Notes under the pieces: model-generated | Seen by the model: the letters and a program-made list of their open reading frames with translations, nothing else | What the model was told of the DNA's origin: nothing | Databases searched by the model: none | Program-made: the position numbers and the translations under genes | Part shown: positions 37,634 through 47,071 of the stretch, piece after piece | Numbering within the stretch: the first letter of the stretch is position 1 | Layout of the letters: every line of letters begins with the position of its first letter | IMG/VR virus record: IMGVR_UViG_3300046794_000311 | Location: 21,748-85,747 of that record | Source of the DNA: a virus | Length of the DNA: 64,000 nucleotides | Reading direction: 5' to 3' (one strand)

Positions 37634-37942
37634 CCGTCGCTCCTTATTCGGGCGGGGTGGTTGGTGACAGGACGAAGCTAGTCGTCGTTGTTACGTGTTG
37701 TCAAGTGCTCTCAGGAACTTACTTGACTGCGGTGTGCCTGCGCTGGACGATGCGACCGGTGCGGGGCTGCTCGATGTCCTCCGGCTCGACCGCCTGGCCG
37801 GGCTTGAAGGGGCCGACGACCGTGCCACCCATCTGCTTGGCGGCCGTCTCCGCAGCGCTCCGGCTGTAGCTGACGCCGGTCACCCGACGTACGCCGTCGG
37901 CGGTGTACAGGACCTTGAAGTTCTCCACGGTGATGCTCCCGA

Positions 37943-38611
37943 TCAGGCGAGGATGTCGGCGAGGCGCTGGGCCTGGGGCAGGGCGTGCTCGATATCCCAG
38001 TCGTCGAAGTAGCGCTTGCCCAGGTAGAAGTCGGCGGCCTGCGCGGCGTCCTCCTCGCTCTTGAGGTTGGCGCGCACGTAGCCGACCATCATGCCGTGCT
38101 CGCCCTCGATCACGCGGGCGCCGTAGGACGCGGTCTCGGGGTACCCCGGGGTGCTGTAGTCCTTGCGCATCCAGCGGACGATCTCGACCTTGTCGCCCTC
38201 GGGGAACTCGGTGCTGGTGATGGTTCGCACCAGCTCGCCGTCGTCGCCGTAGCCGGAGGGGCCCTCGCCCTCGGCGTAGCCGAACAAGGTCTCGAACCGG
38301 GGCAGGTCGTAGTAGAGACCGTGGCGGAACTTCGCGCGGTTGTAGTCGCCCATGGAGACGTAGTTCTTCAGTCCGTCGATCTCCTGCCGGGTCAGGTCGC
38401 GGTGACCGATCCGGACCACGGTGACGTCCTTGGGCTCGCCCTTGACCTTGCGGGTGAGCTGCACCCGACCGCTCGTGCCGATGGACGAGATGGTGACGGC
38501 GGACGTCTTGGTGACGTTGATGACGATCCGCCGGTCCTTCCATGTCCTGTAGTCCTGCTCGATGATGTCGCCGATGCCCAGCTCGCGGGCGGGGATCTCC
38601 TGGGCGGACAT
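37943..38611 (-). CDS. Hypothetical protein
   Basis: AAGGAG RBS before ATG at 38611. Confidence 0.65.
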   Translation of the reverse strand: MSAQEIPARELGIGDIIEQDYRTWKDRRIVINVTKTSAVTISSIGTSGRVQLTRKVKGEPKDVTVVRIGHRDLTRQEIDGLKNYVSMGDYNRAKFRHGLYYDLPRFETLFGYAEGEGPSGYGDDGELVRTITSTEFPEGDKVEIVRWMRKDYSTPGYPETASYGARVIEGEHGMMVGYVRANLKSEEDAAQAADFYLGKRYFDDWDIEHALPQAQRLADILA

Positions 38612-38624
38612 GGTGCGCTCCTTC

Positions 38625-38864
38625 TCAGACTCGGGTGGTGGCGTTGGGGACGCGGGGGCAGCCCTCGGCAATGTAGTCCTGCCAACTGACAATGCTGTTC
38701 CGCGTCGCCTGCATGCGTGTGAGGAGGAAGCGCTGGCGGGCGGCCTTGCTCTCCGTGCGCCACTGGGCCTCCAGGACCTTCAGGCCCTGCTCGCGCTGCT
38801 CGATCAGCGTCTCAGCAGCGCTCTGGCGCTCGGCAAGCAGGAAGGACCGGAACGGGCTCGACAC
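38625..38864 (-). CDS. Hypothetical protein
   Basis: AGGAGG RBS; promoter TTGACA-18-TAGTCT at 38900-38929. Confidence 0.55.
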   Translation of the reverse strand: MSSPFRSFLLAERQSAAETLIEQREQGLKVLEAQWRTESKAARQRFLLTRMQATRNSIVSWQDYIAEGCPRVPNATTRV

Positions 38865-38956
38865 GGGATGCCTCCTGTTGTGGGGCGGGTGATGGGAAAA
38901 GACTAAGGGGACCGCTCGACAGTTGTCAAGCGATCCCCTCAAACTGCTTGTCAGAC

Positions 38957-39310
38957 TCAGACCTCGATCACCAGCGAGTCAGGCGAGGTCGGCGCGGGCT
39001 CCTTCGGCCGGAAGTGCTCGACGACGTCCCTCACCCACTGCGGGATGCCGTCGTTCTCCAGGGAGAAGGAGGTCAGGTGCTCAACCTGTCCCGGGGTACC
39101 GTCCTGCTTCAGCAGGACCCCGATGACCGGCAGGGACGCGGTCGTCCACTCGCCGTTGGTGCTCGGCCAGTAGGTCAGGTGGAACCGGACGACCTTCATC
39201 TCCTTGTCCTTGGCCCGGCCCGAGTAGGCCCCGGTGGGGACGATCGGGCCGTCCTCGACGGGGACGAAGACCTCGCGGCGGGTGCTCCAGTTGGTGGGGG
39301 CGATCTTCAT
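38957..39310 (-). CDS. Hypothetical protein
   Basis: AGGAGGAG RBS. Confidence 0.6.
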   Translation of the reverse strand: MKIAPTNWSTRREVFVPVEDGPIVPTGAYSGRAKDKEMKVVRFHLTYWPSTNGEWTTASLPVIGVLLKQDGTPGQVEHLTSFSLENDGIPQWVRDVVEHFRPKEPAPTSPDSLVIEV

Positions 39311-39474
39311 GGTGGTGCTCCTCCTGATGCGGGGTGGGTGGTCAGTGCTGGGGGGTTGCTGCGTCGTCCTTGGGCGCCCAGTAGTGGCCCTTGTAGACGT
39401 GGGCCGGGTAACCGTCCTGCTCGACCTTCTTCAGGTGTCCGTCGAAGCTGCGGGCACCGCACTTACAGGTCATG

Positions 39475-39708
39475 TCAGTAGTCCTCGTCCCATCGCTCGC
39501 CCGCGTACGTGGGGTCGAAGCCGCTCGGCGGGACGTCGGAGAAGGGCGCGTACTTGCGTACGATCTCCTCCTGCTTCTTCAGCCGCGCCGACCAGTGGAC
39601 AGCGCAGCGCGGGAAGGACTGGCCCGTGCCAGACAGCGGGTCGCGGTACTCGACGGGACCGCTGCACTGGCCCGTGTGCTCCTCCAGGCACTTCAGCTCG
39701 TCGGTCAT
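39475..39708 (-). CDS. Small Cys-containing hypothetical protein
   Basis: CSGPVEYR...FPRC.H...FDPTYAGERW. Confidence 0.6.
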   Translation of the reverse strand: MTDELKCLEEHTGQCSGPVEYRDPLSGTGQSFPRCAVHWSARLKKQEEIVRKYAPFSDVPPSGFDPTYAGERWDEDY

Positions 39709-39896
39709 TACTTCTTCTCCTCGCTCCGGGCCAGGATCTCCTCGGCCGGGGCGTAGCCGGTCTGCTCGTCCAGCTCGCGGAAGACGCCCGCGTTGTCCAG
39801 CGTCTCCAGCGCGGTGATGGCGCGCTCGCTGTTGTCGCCGTCCCAGCCCTTGCGCAACCAGGCCAGGGCCTCGATGACGTCGTTGCTGTATGCCAT
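39708..39896 (-). CDS. Hypothetical protein
   Basis: GAGGAG RBS. Confidence 0.55.
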   Translation of the reverse strand: MAYSNDVIEALAWLRKGWDGDNSERAITALETLDNAGVFRELDEQTGYAPAEEILARSEEKK

Positions 39897-39898
39897 GG

Positions 39899-40309
39899 TC
39901 AGTTCTCCTCGTTCTCGTCGATCAGCTCGATTACGTCGGTGCCGGACAGCACCTTGGTGGCCGCGTTGTGCTGGGCCAGTGCCTGGACCACGTAGGTTCC
40001 GGTCTGGTCGTGCCGGGAGGTGCGCAGGTAGTGGATGATCTCGCCGCGAACCTTGCGGACGGCATCCAGGAAGACCTCGTGGCCGACCTGGCTCGCCTTC
40101 CCTCCGGCGATGTCTCGGATCTCCAGCCACGCGACGGCTTCGGCCTCATTCTCGATGAGCCGGTCCAGGTTGTGGGCCGACGTCGCGCGGCTGCCCGCCG
40201 TCAGGATCGGCTGCAAGGACTTGCCGACCTGGTCCCGCCAGCTCTGCGCGCCCTGCACGGCCTCGTCGATCTTCTTGTCGATGTACCGGGCGGTGGTCTT
40301 GGCGTCCAT
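39899..40309 (-). CDS. Hypothetical protein
   Basis: AGGAG RBS. Confidence 0.6.
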   Translation of the reverse strand: MDAKTTARYIDKKIDEAVQGAQSWRDQVGKSLQPILTAGSRATSAHNLDRLIENEAEAVAWLEIRDIAGGKASQVGHEVFLDAVRKVRGEIIHYLRTSRHDQTGTYVVQALAQHNAATKVLSGTDVIELIDENEEN

Positions 40310-40524
40310 TCTGGCTACTCCTGGTCTCGTATCGCTGCGTGCTTGGCAGTCTTGCGGGTTCGCTGCTTGCGGGGGCGGGAATCGTGCCCTCCGGCCGCTC
40401 CGCTGCGCCGACGCTCCTGGACGGCGCGGACATGCTCGGGGGTCTGCTGCTGGGCGTTCATGGGTGCCTCCGGGGGCCGTAGGGGAACACTCCAGGTTAT
40501 GGGTTGTCCCCTACGGCTTCCGAG

Positions 40525-41475
40525 TTACGGCTTCACCGGGTCCTTCGCCCACTCGCGCTGGATCTTGCGCAGCTTGGCCTGGGCCTTCTTCTCGTGGGTC
40601 TCGAAGACCTCCTGGAAGGTCAGGCCCTTCTTGTGGGCGACGGCCCGGATGAGGTACCAGGCGTGGCGGGTGTTCTCGAACTGGTGCTGGGCGTAGGACT
40701 TGCGCTCGAAGTAGTGGGCCCACTCCGGGTCGTTCTCGCGCGTCTGGTCCAGCAGGACGTCCAGCAGGGCGTCGGTCGCGGCGATCTCGGCGGTGCGGAG
40801 CGTCTTGCACACGTCGTAGGAGACGTGGTCCTTGCCCGCGTACAGCTTCTCGCCCTCGGGGGTGGTGATGCTCTTGTCGGCCGACTCCTTGGCCTTGCGG
40901 GTGCGCTCTGCCTCGCGCTCCTCGCGGGCCTTGGCGGCCTCCTCCTCGTCCGGGGTGAACATCTTGGTGCCCTTGGCGTCGACCGGGGCGGTCGGATAGC
41001 AGGTGGTGCAGGCGCGCTCCCCGGCGTCGGCGACGATGTCCGCCTCCGACTGGCCGGAGTACTGGATCAGCCAGGCGAACGCGGTCCGGTACTGGCCGTT
41101 GTGGCAGGTGGAGCACTCGGTGCCGTTGTGCGCGTGACCGTTGACACTCTTGGCCAGGAAGACCCGGTTCCAGCCGCCCCGTCGGGCGTACTCGGCCTCG
41201 TAGGGGGCGGCGTCCGCCTCGGCGGCGGCCAGCTTGTTCCCCTCGGCGACGATGAAGCGGCCGAGCCGGGCCAGGTCCTCCATCAGCTCGATGCCATCCA
41301 GTGCGGTGGTGATCCGGAGGACCCTCTCGCCCCTCTTGACCTTCTCGATCGTCGTGAAGATCTCGGCCTCGCGGCGCTTGTAGTTCACGATCCGGCTCTG
41401 GGCGCTGGCCTGGCGCTCCCAGATCGGGGCGAGAAGGGTGTCGATCTCGACCGGGGTGGCGGTGGTGAGGTCCAT
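40525..41475 (-). CDS. Hypothetical Zn-binding phage protein
   Basis: GHAH...CSTC...ACTTCYP; promoter TTGACA-17-TAGCGT at 41518-41546. Confidence 0.7.
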   Translation of the reverse strand: MDLTTATPVEIDTLLAPIWERQASAQSRIVNYKRREAEIFTTIEKVKRGERVLRITTALDGIELMEDLARLGRFIVAEGNKLAAAEADAAPYEAEYARRGGWNRVFLAKSVNGHAHNGTECSTCHNGQYRTAFAWLIQYSGQSEADIVADAGERACTTCYPTAPVDAKGTKMFTPDEEEAAKAREEREAERTRKAKESADKSITTPEGEKLYAGKDHVSYDVCKTLRTAEIAATDALLDVLLDQTRENDPEWAHYFERKSYAQHQFENTRHAWYLIRAVAHKKGLTFQEVFETHEKKAQAKLRKIQREWAKDPVKP

Positions 41476-41532
41476 CGTGTGCCTCCTGTTTCGGGGCGGT
41501 TGTTGCTGACAGGTAGAACGCTACGCGGGCCC

Positions 41533-41871
41533 TTACTTGTTGTCAAGCGTAATCGGGTTACCACTTGCGTCGATGTACTGCTCGATCTCGTAGCCCAGGT
41601 TCTTCGAGTTCAGCCGCTTCTTGCCGATGGACTTCACGCGCAGGTCAAGGCGCTTGGTCCAGTCGGCGACGTCCTTGGCGGAGATCTGCCCGACCTCGCA
41701 CTGGCGCAGCCAGAGGATGGGGTCGAAGCGGTCGGACGTGCCGGTGAGGGCGTCGGCGATGTCGAAGGCGACGTGACGGCGGGCGTTGATGTCGACGTCT
41801 TCCACGGACTCCGAGAGGGCGGCGGAAAGGGTCTCGTAGTCGCTGCGGCTCATCTGGCGGGGCGCGGGCAT
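41533..41871 (-). CDS. Hypothetical protein
   Basis: AGGAGGAG RBS; MSRSDYE...RFDP.W...C. Confidence 0.6.
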   Translation of the reverse strand: MPAPRQMSRSDYETLSAALSESVEDVDINARRHVAFDIADALTGTSDRFDPILWLRQCEVGQISAKDVADWTKRLDLRVKSIGKKRLNSKNLGYEIEQYIDASGNPITLDNK

Positions 41872-41973
41872 GTTGTGCTCCTCCTGGTATGGGGCGGGTA
41901 TTCGGTGGAACAGTACGGGCCGCCCAACTCAGGTGTCGAGTCGGACGGCCCGTACGCAGGGGGTGCGTATGGA

Positions 41974-42828
41974 TCACGCGGCGAGGCTGGTGCGCTGGCC
42001 TCCGATGGCCTTGGCGCTGCTCAGCCTCGCGGAGCGTCCGGCGTTGTCCCCGGCCGTGCGAGCGGCGCTGCTGTAGTTGGAGGTGCTGCTGGCACCCTTC
42101 CAGGATCCCTTGGCGGTGGACGCCTTCTCGTAGTACGCGCCGACCTCCTTCTTCTTGTCGAAGAGGACCAGTTCGGCAGTCACCTCGATCTCGTACTCGA
42201 CGCCGTTCTCACCCGTGGTGGGCAGGGTGTAGATGTTCTCCTTGGCCGCCTCCAGGGCCTCCTGGCGGGCCGACCACAGACGGGAGGAGATGCGCCGGGT
42301 GAAGGCGTCGTAGAAGTTGGCGCGGGCGGTGCGGCCGTCCATCGGGCGCTCCTCCAGGTCCTTGTACTTGCCCCAGGCGTCGCGCTTGGTGACCTGGCGC
42401 AGGACCTTCTCCTGCTTGTACTCGCCGGTCTTCAGCCAGGCGTTGGCGGACTCGGTCATCTGGAAGAGCAGGGAGGCGTACAGGACCTCGACGACCTCGA
42501 TGTCCGAGGGCATGCCGAACGCGATGACGAAGGTGGAGTTCATCGCGATGTTGCACTTGACGTCGTTGTTGTCGGCGATGGCGAGGAAGAGGTTGACCAG
42601 GCGGGCGTTGTTGTTCTTGCGCGGCTGGCCGATGGTGATGTGCTTGTGGGTCGGCTGCTCGCGCTGCTCCTTCTTCGCGGTGTGCTGCCGTGCCACGGCG
42701 AGGTCGATGCTGCCGAGGGTGGCCAGGGACTGCGCCTTCTTCATGTAGGTCGCGGCCTCCTCGGGGGTGGAGGCGTTCTCGGCCTGGGCGAGGATCTTGG
42801 CCAGCTTGTCGAGCATGCGGTCAGCCAT
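41974..42828 (-). CDS. DUF2786-domain protein (Rv0184-like)
   Basis: MLDKLAKILAQAE...EEAATYMKKAQ.L; FG..SDIEVVEVLYASL; promoter TTGACA-18-TAACGT at 42870-42899. Confidence 0.8.
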   Translation of the reverse strand: MADRMLDKLAKILAQAENASTPEEAATYMKKAQSLATLGSIDLAVARQHTAKKEQREQPTHKHITIGQPRKNNNARLVNLFLAIADNNDVKCNIAMNSTFVIAFGMPSDIEVVEVLYASLLFQMTESANAWLKTGEYKQEKVLRQVTKRDAWGKYKDLEERPMDGRTARANFYDAFTRRISSRLWSARQEALEAAKENIYTLPTTGENGVEYEIEVTAELVLFDKKKEVGAYYEKASTAKGSWKGASSTSNYSSAARTAGDNAGRSARLSSAKAIGGQRTSLAA

Positions 42829-42920
42829 CGTGGGCTCCTCCTGTTACGGGGGCGGTTGGTGTGAGGTAGACGTTACGGGTTCCCGGAAGTGGTTGTCAAG
42901 CACTTCCGGGAAACTATTTG

Positions 42921-43430
42921 TCAGGCTGCGACGAGGGCACCGAAGGCGACACCGTGCTGGGCGAAGGCGTCGGTGAGGATCAGGCCGACCTCGTCGCCGA
43001 CCAGTTCCTTGACCAGGTGCAGGTAGGTGGAGACGAACTGCACACCGTGGGACTCTCCGCCCCGGGCGAGGTGGTGGGCCAGCTCGTGCAGGACGACCAT
43101 CTCCCGCATGGCCCAGGAGATCCCCTGCCGGTGGTCCGGTACGGCGATGACGCCGAGGCCGTAGGTGGCCTGGGCGACTCCTCTGCGGGCGCGGACCTTG
43201 ACCGGCTGGGCGGCATACGTGGGCCAGGTGGAGCGCACCCAGTTCAGGTCCAGGACCTGGTCGACGTAGCGCTGGACGCCGTCGATGTCGCCGAACTTGC
43301 GCTCGTCGGGCAGGACCAGGTGGGAGCCGTAGAAGTCGAAGGTGCGGGCGTCGGTCTGGGCGACCCGGTTGAGTACGTCCATGACGAGGTCTTCGGCCCG
43401 GTAGACCTTGGTCATCTGGTTGTCGCGCAT
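42921..43430 (-). CDS. SprT-like metallohydrolase (TIGR04338/Rv0185-like)
   Basis: MRDNQ..KVYRAE, WAMREMVVLHELAHHL, SHGVQF. Confidence 0.82.
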   Translation of the reverse strand: MRDNQMTKVYRAEDLVMDVLNRVAQTDARTFDFYGSHLVLPDERKFGDIDGVQRYVDQVLDLNWVRSTWPTYAAQPVKVRARRGVAQATYGLGVIAVPDHRQGISWAMREMVVLHELAHHLARGGESHGVQFVSTYLHLVKELVGDEVGLILTDAFAQHGVAFGALVAA

Positions 43431-43432
43431 GC

Positions 43433-43789
43433 TCACGCCTCCTTGCCGGTGAGGGCGGCGAGGACCTTGCGCTTGGCCTCGGCGAGTCCGTGCATGAAGC
43501 CCTCGGAGCGGATGACGGCGCCAATGCGCTCGGCCTCGCGGCGGGCGCTGTTCGGGGACATGCCTCCGTCCTCCAGGCGCACGGCGAGGTCGTTGATCTC
43601 CAACTGGGCCGTGCGACCGTTGACGCCGACGACGGGGCGGCCCTTGTCGCGGCCCGCGTTGTAGATGTCGTCGAGGGCCCGGCGCAGGTCGTCGATGTTC
43701 AGGTCCTCGCCCTGGCCGACGAGGTTGAACACCTCGGCGTACTTCTGCTCCAGGGCGAGGTACTCGCGGACGCTGGTGTCCTTGGCCAT
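43433..43789 (-). CDS. Hypothetical protein
   Basis: Conserved leader plus AGGAGG; promoter and operators at 43832-43867. Confidence 0.65.
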   Translation of the reverse strand: MAKDTSVREYLALEQKYAEVFNLVGQGEDLNIDDLRRALDDIYNAGRDKGRPVVGVNGRTAQLEINDLAVRLEDGGMSPNSARREAERIGAVIRSEGFMHGLAEAKRKVLAALTGKEA

Positions 43790-43944
43790 GGGGTCCTCCT
43801 GTTTCGGGGCCGGTTGTTGCTGGCATGGAGAACACTACTCCGAAAGCCGTAATCGTCAAGCCGTAATCTGCGAGACGTAACGCAGAAAGCCGTGAGCCAC
43901 ATCACATGCGGCTCACGGCTTTCAGGTGTTGACCAGGAGGAGGA

Positions 43945-44328
43945 TTACTTGGTAGTCGTTGGGGTTCCCGTGACGGTCTTCACCGGGCACGGAATCTTGA
44001 CCTGCACGGAATGCGTATGTGCGAGCCCATATACGGGTGCGTACGGCGTAGCCGTGGACGTGGGCGTAACTGCGGGCGAAGGCCCGACCACGATCGACAC
44101 CTTGCATGTACCCGTGGTCTTCGCCGGGGTGGGTGCCTCCGCGTAACGGGTAACCGTGGGAACGGGCCACGGATTGGAATCCCCCTCGGTTCTGGAAGAA
44201 TCCGACTGTGAAACCCCGGTATTAAGTCCGGTGGAATTCTGCTCGGGGATCACGGAAATTCCGATCGCGGGAATCGCGAGAAATCCGATTGCGATGAGGG
44301 CGGCCTTGATTCGGCGGAATCTGTTCAT
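43945..44328 (-). CDS. Secreted/membrane Thr/Pro-rich protein
   Basis: N-terminal hydrophobic helix. Confidence 0.5.
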   Translation of the reverse strand: MNRFRRIKAALIAIGFLAIPAIGISVIPEQNSTGLNTGVSQSDSSRTEGDSNPWPVPTVTRYAEAPTPAKTTGTCKVSIVVGPSPAVTPTSTATPYAPVYGLAHTHSVQVKIPCPVKTVTGTPTTTK

Positions 44329-44486
44329 ACCAGCACCGTACCGTAGCCCTCGCAGGGGACACAGTCCGCTCCGTCGCGGTCCTCCCCCGTGCCGTAGCAC
44401 CGCTTGCACTCGACCTCTTGTGCCGCGTCGTCGCCGCTTTCGGCGAAAGACACTGCATGCACGTGCGCGCTCATGAGAAGTACTAA

Positions 44487-46025
44487 CTAACCTTCCTGGT
44501 TGTAGAAAGTTGGTACATCGACGATTTCCGCGTCGATGAATCCGCTGCCGGACTCGATCATCCGGTCAGCCGGGATGGGGTGGTCGAGGGCAGTCATCTG
44601 CTCCCCGGCGTCCTTTCCGAACAGGCGACTGATCATACCGGCCTGGGCGCCATTCCCCTTAGCCTCCAGTTTCACGGAGAAGGAATCCTGCTCCAGTTCG
44701 GTCTTCACCTTCACCAGTTTCTGGAGCCGGTCGATCTCGCCGGAGAGGTTCGGATCCGCGTAACCGCCGGTCATGTCCTCCACCATCTTCATGAAGAGGA
44801 CCCGCTGGGCCTGCATCTCGATGAGGGAATTCTGGAGCGAAGCCATCTGCTGCTTGCTCTTCACTTCGACCGGGATGTCGTATGCGCAGTTGGCATCCTT
44901 GTCGAAGGCCGGGCACTTCTGGGCCAGGAAGCACGTCGAGCACACCCGCATGGACTGCGAGCGGACGGTCACCAGCGGAACGTCTCGCTCCTTGTTAACG
45001 CCGTCGTCGGGGTCGGTGTAGACCTCCTTCTCCTGCACCACACCGATGACCGGCAAGTTGGTACGCGGGCGGTCCCTGCGAGGGGCGGGAGTTGTTACGC
45101 CGTTGAGCATTTCTCCGGTGGTCGTATCAACTGTGCCCCCCTGCATTTGAGAGAAAGTCGAAAGTACCCCTGAAGGGGAAGTAGTAACTGGATCGGCCTC
45201 GGGCGCGCGGTGCTGCTCGATGGAGGCTGCGAGTTGCTGCCACGACCAGATGGTGAACCGCAGCACCTCGTTGTTGTCGCCGTCCTCGATCTTGTCCGGA
45301 TCGAAGCCCGCCTCCTGGAAAAGGGTGCGGTGCCGCTTTCGCGCCTGGTCCTTGTATTTCTTCGGGTACCGCTTCAATTCCCGGCCGGTCCAGACGATGG
45401 TGTCACCGTACTGGGAGGGGGAAATCCAGGAGGTGGACGCGACGGAATCCCAGTTCACGGCCGCCATTTCAGCAGGCTTCGTCATTGCGACGCCGTGCAG
45501 CAGGGTTCCGTATTTCCGGGTGATCTCGTTGAGGATCGGAGCGAGATTCCGTCCGTCCAAATCCGTTTGCGGAACTCCGACGCGCTTATAGCGCTGGGCG
45601 AGGCGGTCGAGTTCTTCGACGCCCCATTCCGAATGCCAGATGGGAAGGAACTTGTCCTCCGGCAGGTCCTCCCAGAAATCCTCGCGCCGGGCCTCTATCC
45701 ATTCCCGTCCGAGAACGACAGCGTCGAACTCGGACACCATATTAAGCGAGTCGATGTTCTGCTGGACGAAGGCTTCGTAGTGCGCGGCGATTTCCTTGAG
45801 TTCGCCGATCGAGTACTTGTCGTCCTCGGCCTTGTTCACGGTGTAGGCGCCGGAGTCCAGGAAGACCTTCTGGCCCTCCAGGTAGTGGTCAGCGATGAGC
45901 CACGGACGGGAGAACTTGGTCCTCCTCCTGAGCCCCATGTAGGACAGGGAGACGTTCTCGACGCCTTCCTCGGCCAGCATCTTGCGCCAGCCGGGAATCT
46001 CTGAACCGCCGAAGTACAGTTCCAC
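44487..46025 (-). CDS. TGT/DpdA-like TIM-barrel protein fused to a C-terminal Cys4 and helical domain
   Basis: VFLDSGAYT, LPIWH, LHGVAMT, DSVASTSW; CSTC...C...C. Confidence 0.65.
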   Translation of the reverse strand: MELYFGGSEIPGWRKMLAEEGVENVSLSYMGLRRRTKFSRPWLIADHYLEGQKVFLDSGAYTVNKAEDDKYSIGELKEIAAHYEAFVQQNIDSLNMVSEFDAVVLGREWIEARREDFWEDLPEDKFLPIWHSEWGVEELDRLAQRYKRVGVPQTDLDGRNLAPILNEITRKYGTLLHGVAMTKPAEMAAVNWDSVASTSWISPSQYGDTIVWTGRELKRYPKKYKDQARKRHRTLFQEAGFDPDKIEDGDNNEVLRFTIWSWQQLAASIEQHRAPEADPVTTSPSGVLSTFSQMQGGTVDTTTGEMLNGVTTPAPRRDRPRTNLPVIGVVQEKEVYTDPDDGVNKERDVPLVTVRSQSMRVCSTCFLAQKCPAFDKDANCAYDIPVEVKSKQQMASLQNSLIEMQAQRVLFMKMVEDMTGGYADPNLSGEIDRLQKLVKVKTELEQDSFSVKLEAKGNGAQAGMISRLFGKDAGEQMTALDHPIPADRMIESGSGFIDAEIVDVPTFYNQEG

Positions 46026-46052
46026 GGGTTGTTTCTCCGAATCTGGGTTGGG

Positions 46053-46784
46053 TTACTGCGGGGGCTTGACGGCGCTCTTGGGGAAGAGGCCGGGCTGGGT
46101 GACGCGAGGCTTCCGGGTCTGGGTCGGACCGGACTTCGCCGGAGCAGCCTTCGCAGCCAGGCCGAACTGCTGCGGGGAGCGGACCGGGGCGACCTGGCTC
46201 GGCCCAAAGAGGCCGGGCTGTACGGTGCGCTGCGGCTTCGGGGCGGCCGGAGCCGAGGTATTAAGCGGGCGGTCGGGCTCGATGGAGCCGAGCTTGGCCT
46301 GGGACTGCCGGATGCTGTCGAGCAGGGCGCCGGAGCGGGACATGTTCTGCTCGTGGCGCTCCTCCGGCAGCGGGCTCCAGTCACGGTGCTCAGCGGCCGT
46401 GTTGCGGATGTTCTGGAGGATGTCGCCGGAGCGCTTCATGCGGGCGGCGTGGGAGGCTTCCTCGACGTTGCCCGCAGCGTAGGAGGTACGGTCCAGCGCG
46501 GCGGCCGACCGGGCCATGACGTGGTCGAAGTGTTCGTCGGTGCCCGGCTTCGGCTGGACGACGGGGTGCTGGCCGACCGGGTTGGCCTCGTTGTGCGGGG
46601 CCTGGCTCTTCTGGCCGCGCACACGGATCTTCATGCGGGAGTTGCCGGACCGCTGACCGCTCCGGCCGCTCTCCAGGTCGTCCAGCCGCTCGTCGACCGA
46701 GCGGTTGGAGCCGGGGAACTGGAGCGGGCTGAGCCAGCGCTCCTTGAACTTGCTGGTTATCGCGTGGATGCCTTCGACGCTCAT
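46053..46784 (-). CDS. Low-complexity hypothetical protein
   Basis: ATG at 46784 coupled to the upstream stop; two QPGLF motifs. Confidence 0.6.
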   Translation of the reverse strand: MSVEGIHAITSKFKERWLSPLQFPGSNRSVDERLDDLESGRSGQRSGNSRMKIRVRGQKSQAPHNEANPVGQHPVVQPKPGTDEHFDHVMARSAAALDRTSYAAGNVEEASHAARMKRSGDILQNIRNTAAEHRDWSPLPEERHEQNMSRSGALLDSIRQSQAKLGSIEPDRPLNTSAPAAPKPQRTVQPGLFGPSQVAPVRSPQQFGLAAKAAPAKSGPTQTRKPRVTQPGLFPKSAVKPPQ

Positions 46785-47071
46785 GGTCGTGTGTCCCTTC
46801 GGACGAAGTAGAGGTAGCGGTGCGCGGCGAGGAGGGAGAGGAGGAAGCCGACGTTGATCCAGGACCGGCCGGAGGAGGGCGAGGTCCAGAAGACGGCGCA
46901 GAAGACAGCGACGTTGGCGCTGTAGAGGAACAGAGCGGCCGACAGCCACTTCTCTGCGGCGCCGAGCTGGCGCCAGACAGGGAGGGTGGCCCGCAGCAGC
47001 AGGGCCGAGAAGGCGGCGCCGACGAGGGCGTTGAGCATGCGGGCGATCTCGATTACCAGGGTGAGGGTCAC
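46781..47071 (-). CDS. Three-TM membrane protein
   Basis: GGAG RBS; hydrophobic segments. Confidence 0.6.
   Translation of the reverse strand: MTLTLVIEIARMLNALVGAAFSALLLRATLPVWRQLGAAEKWLSAALFLYSANVAVFCAVFWTSPSSGRSWINVGFLLSLLAAHRYLYFVRRDTRP

Noticed and set aside
40504-42864. Long plus-strand ORFs (also 9441-10922, 21033-23003, 34613-36475, 47498-49486, 61655-63577) and minus-strand 3502-4800
   Set aside because: Antisense shadows of real high-GC genes; no motifs or RBS.
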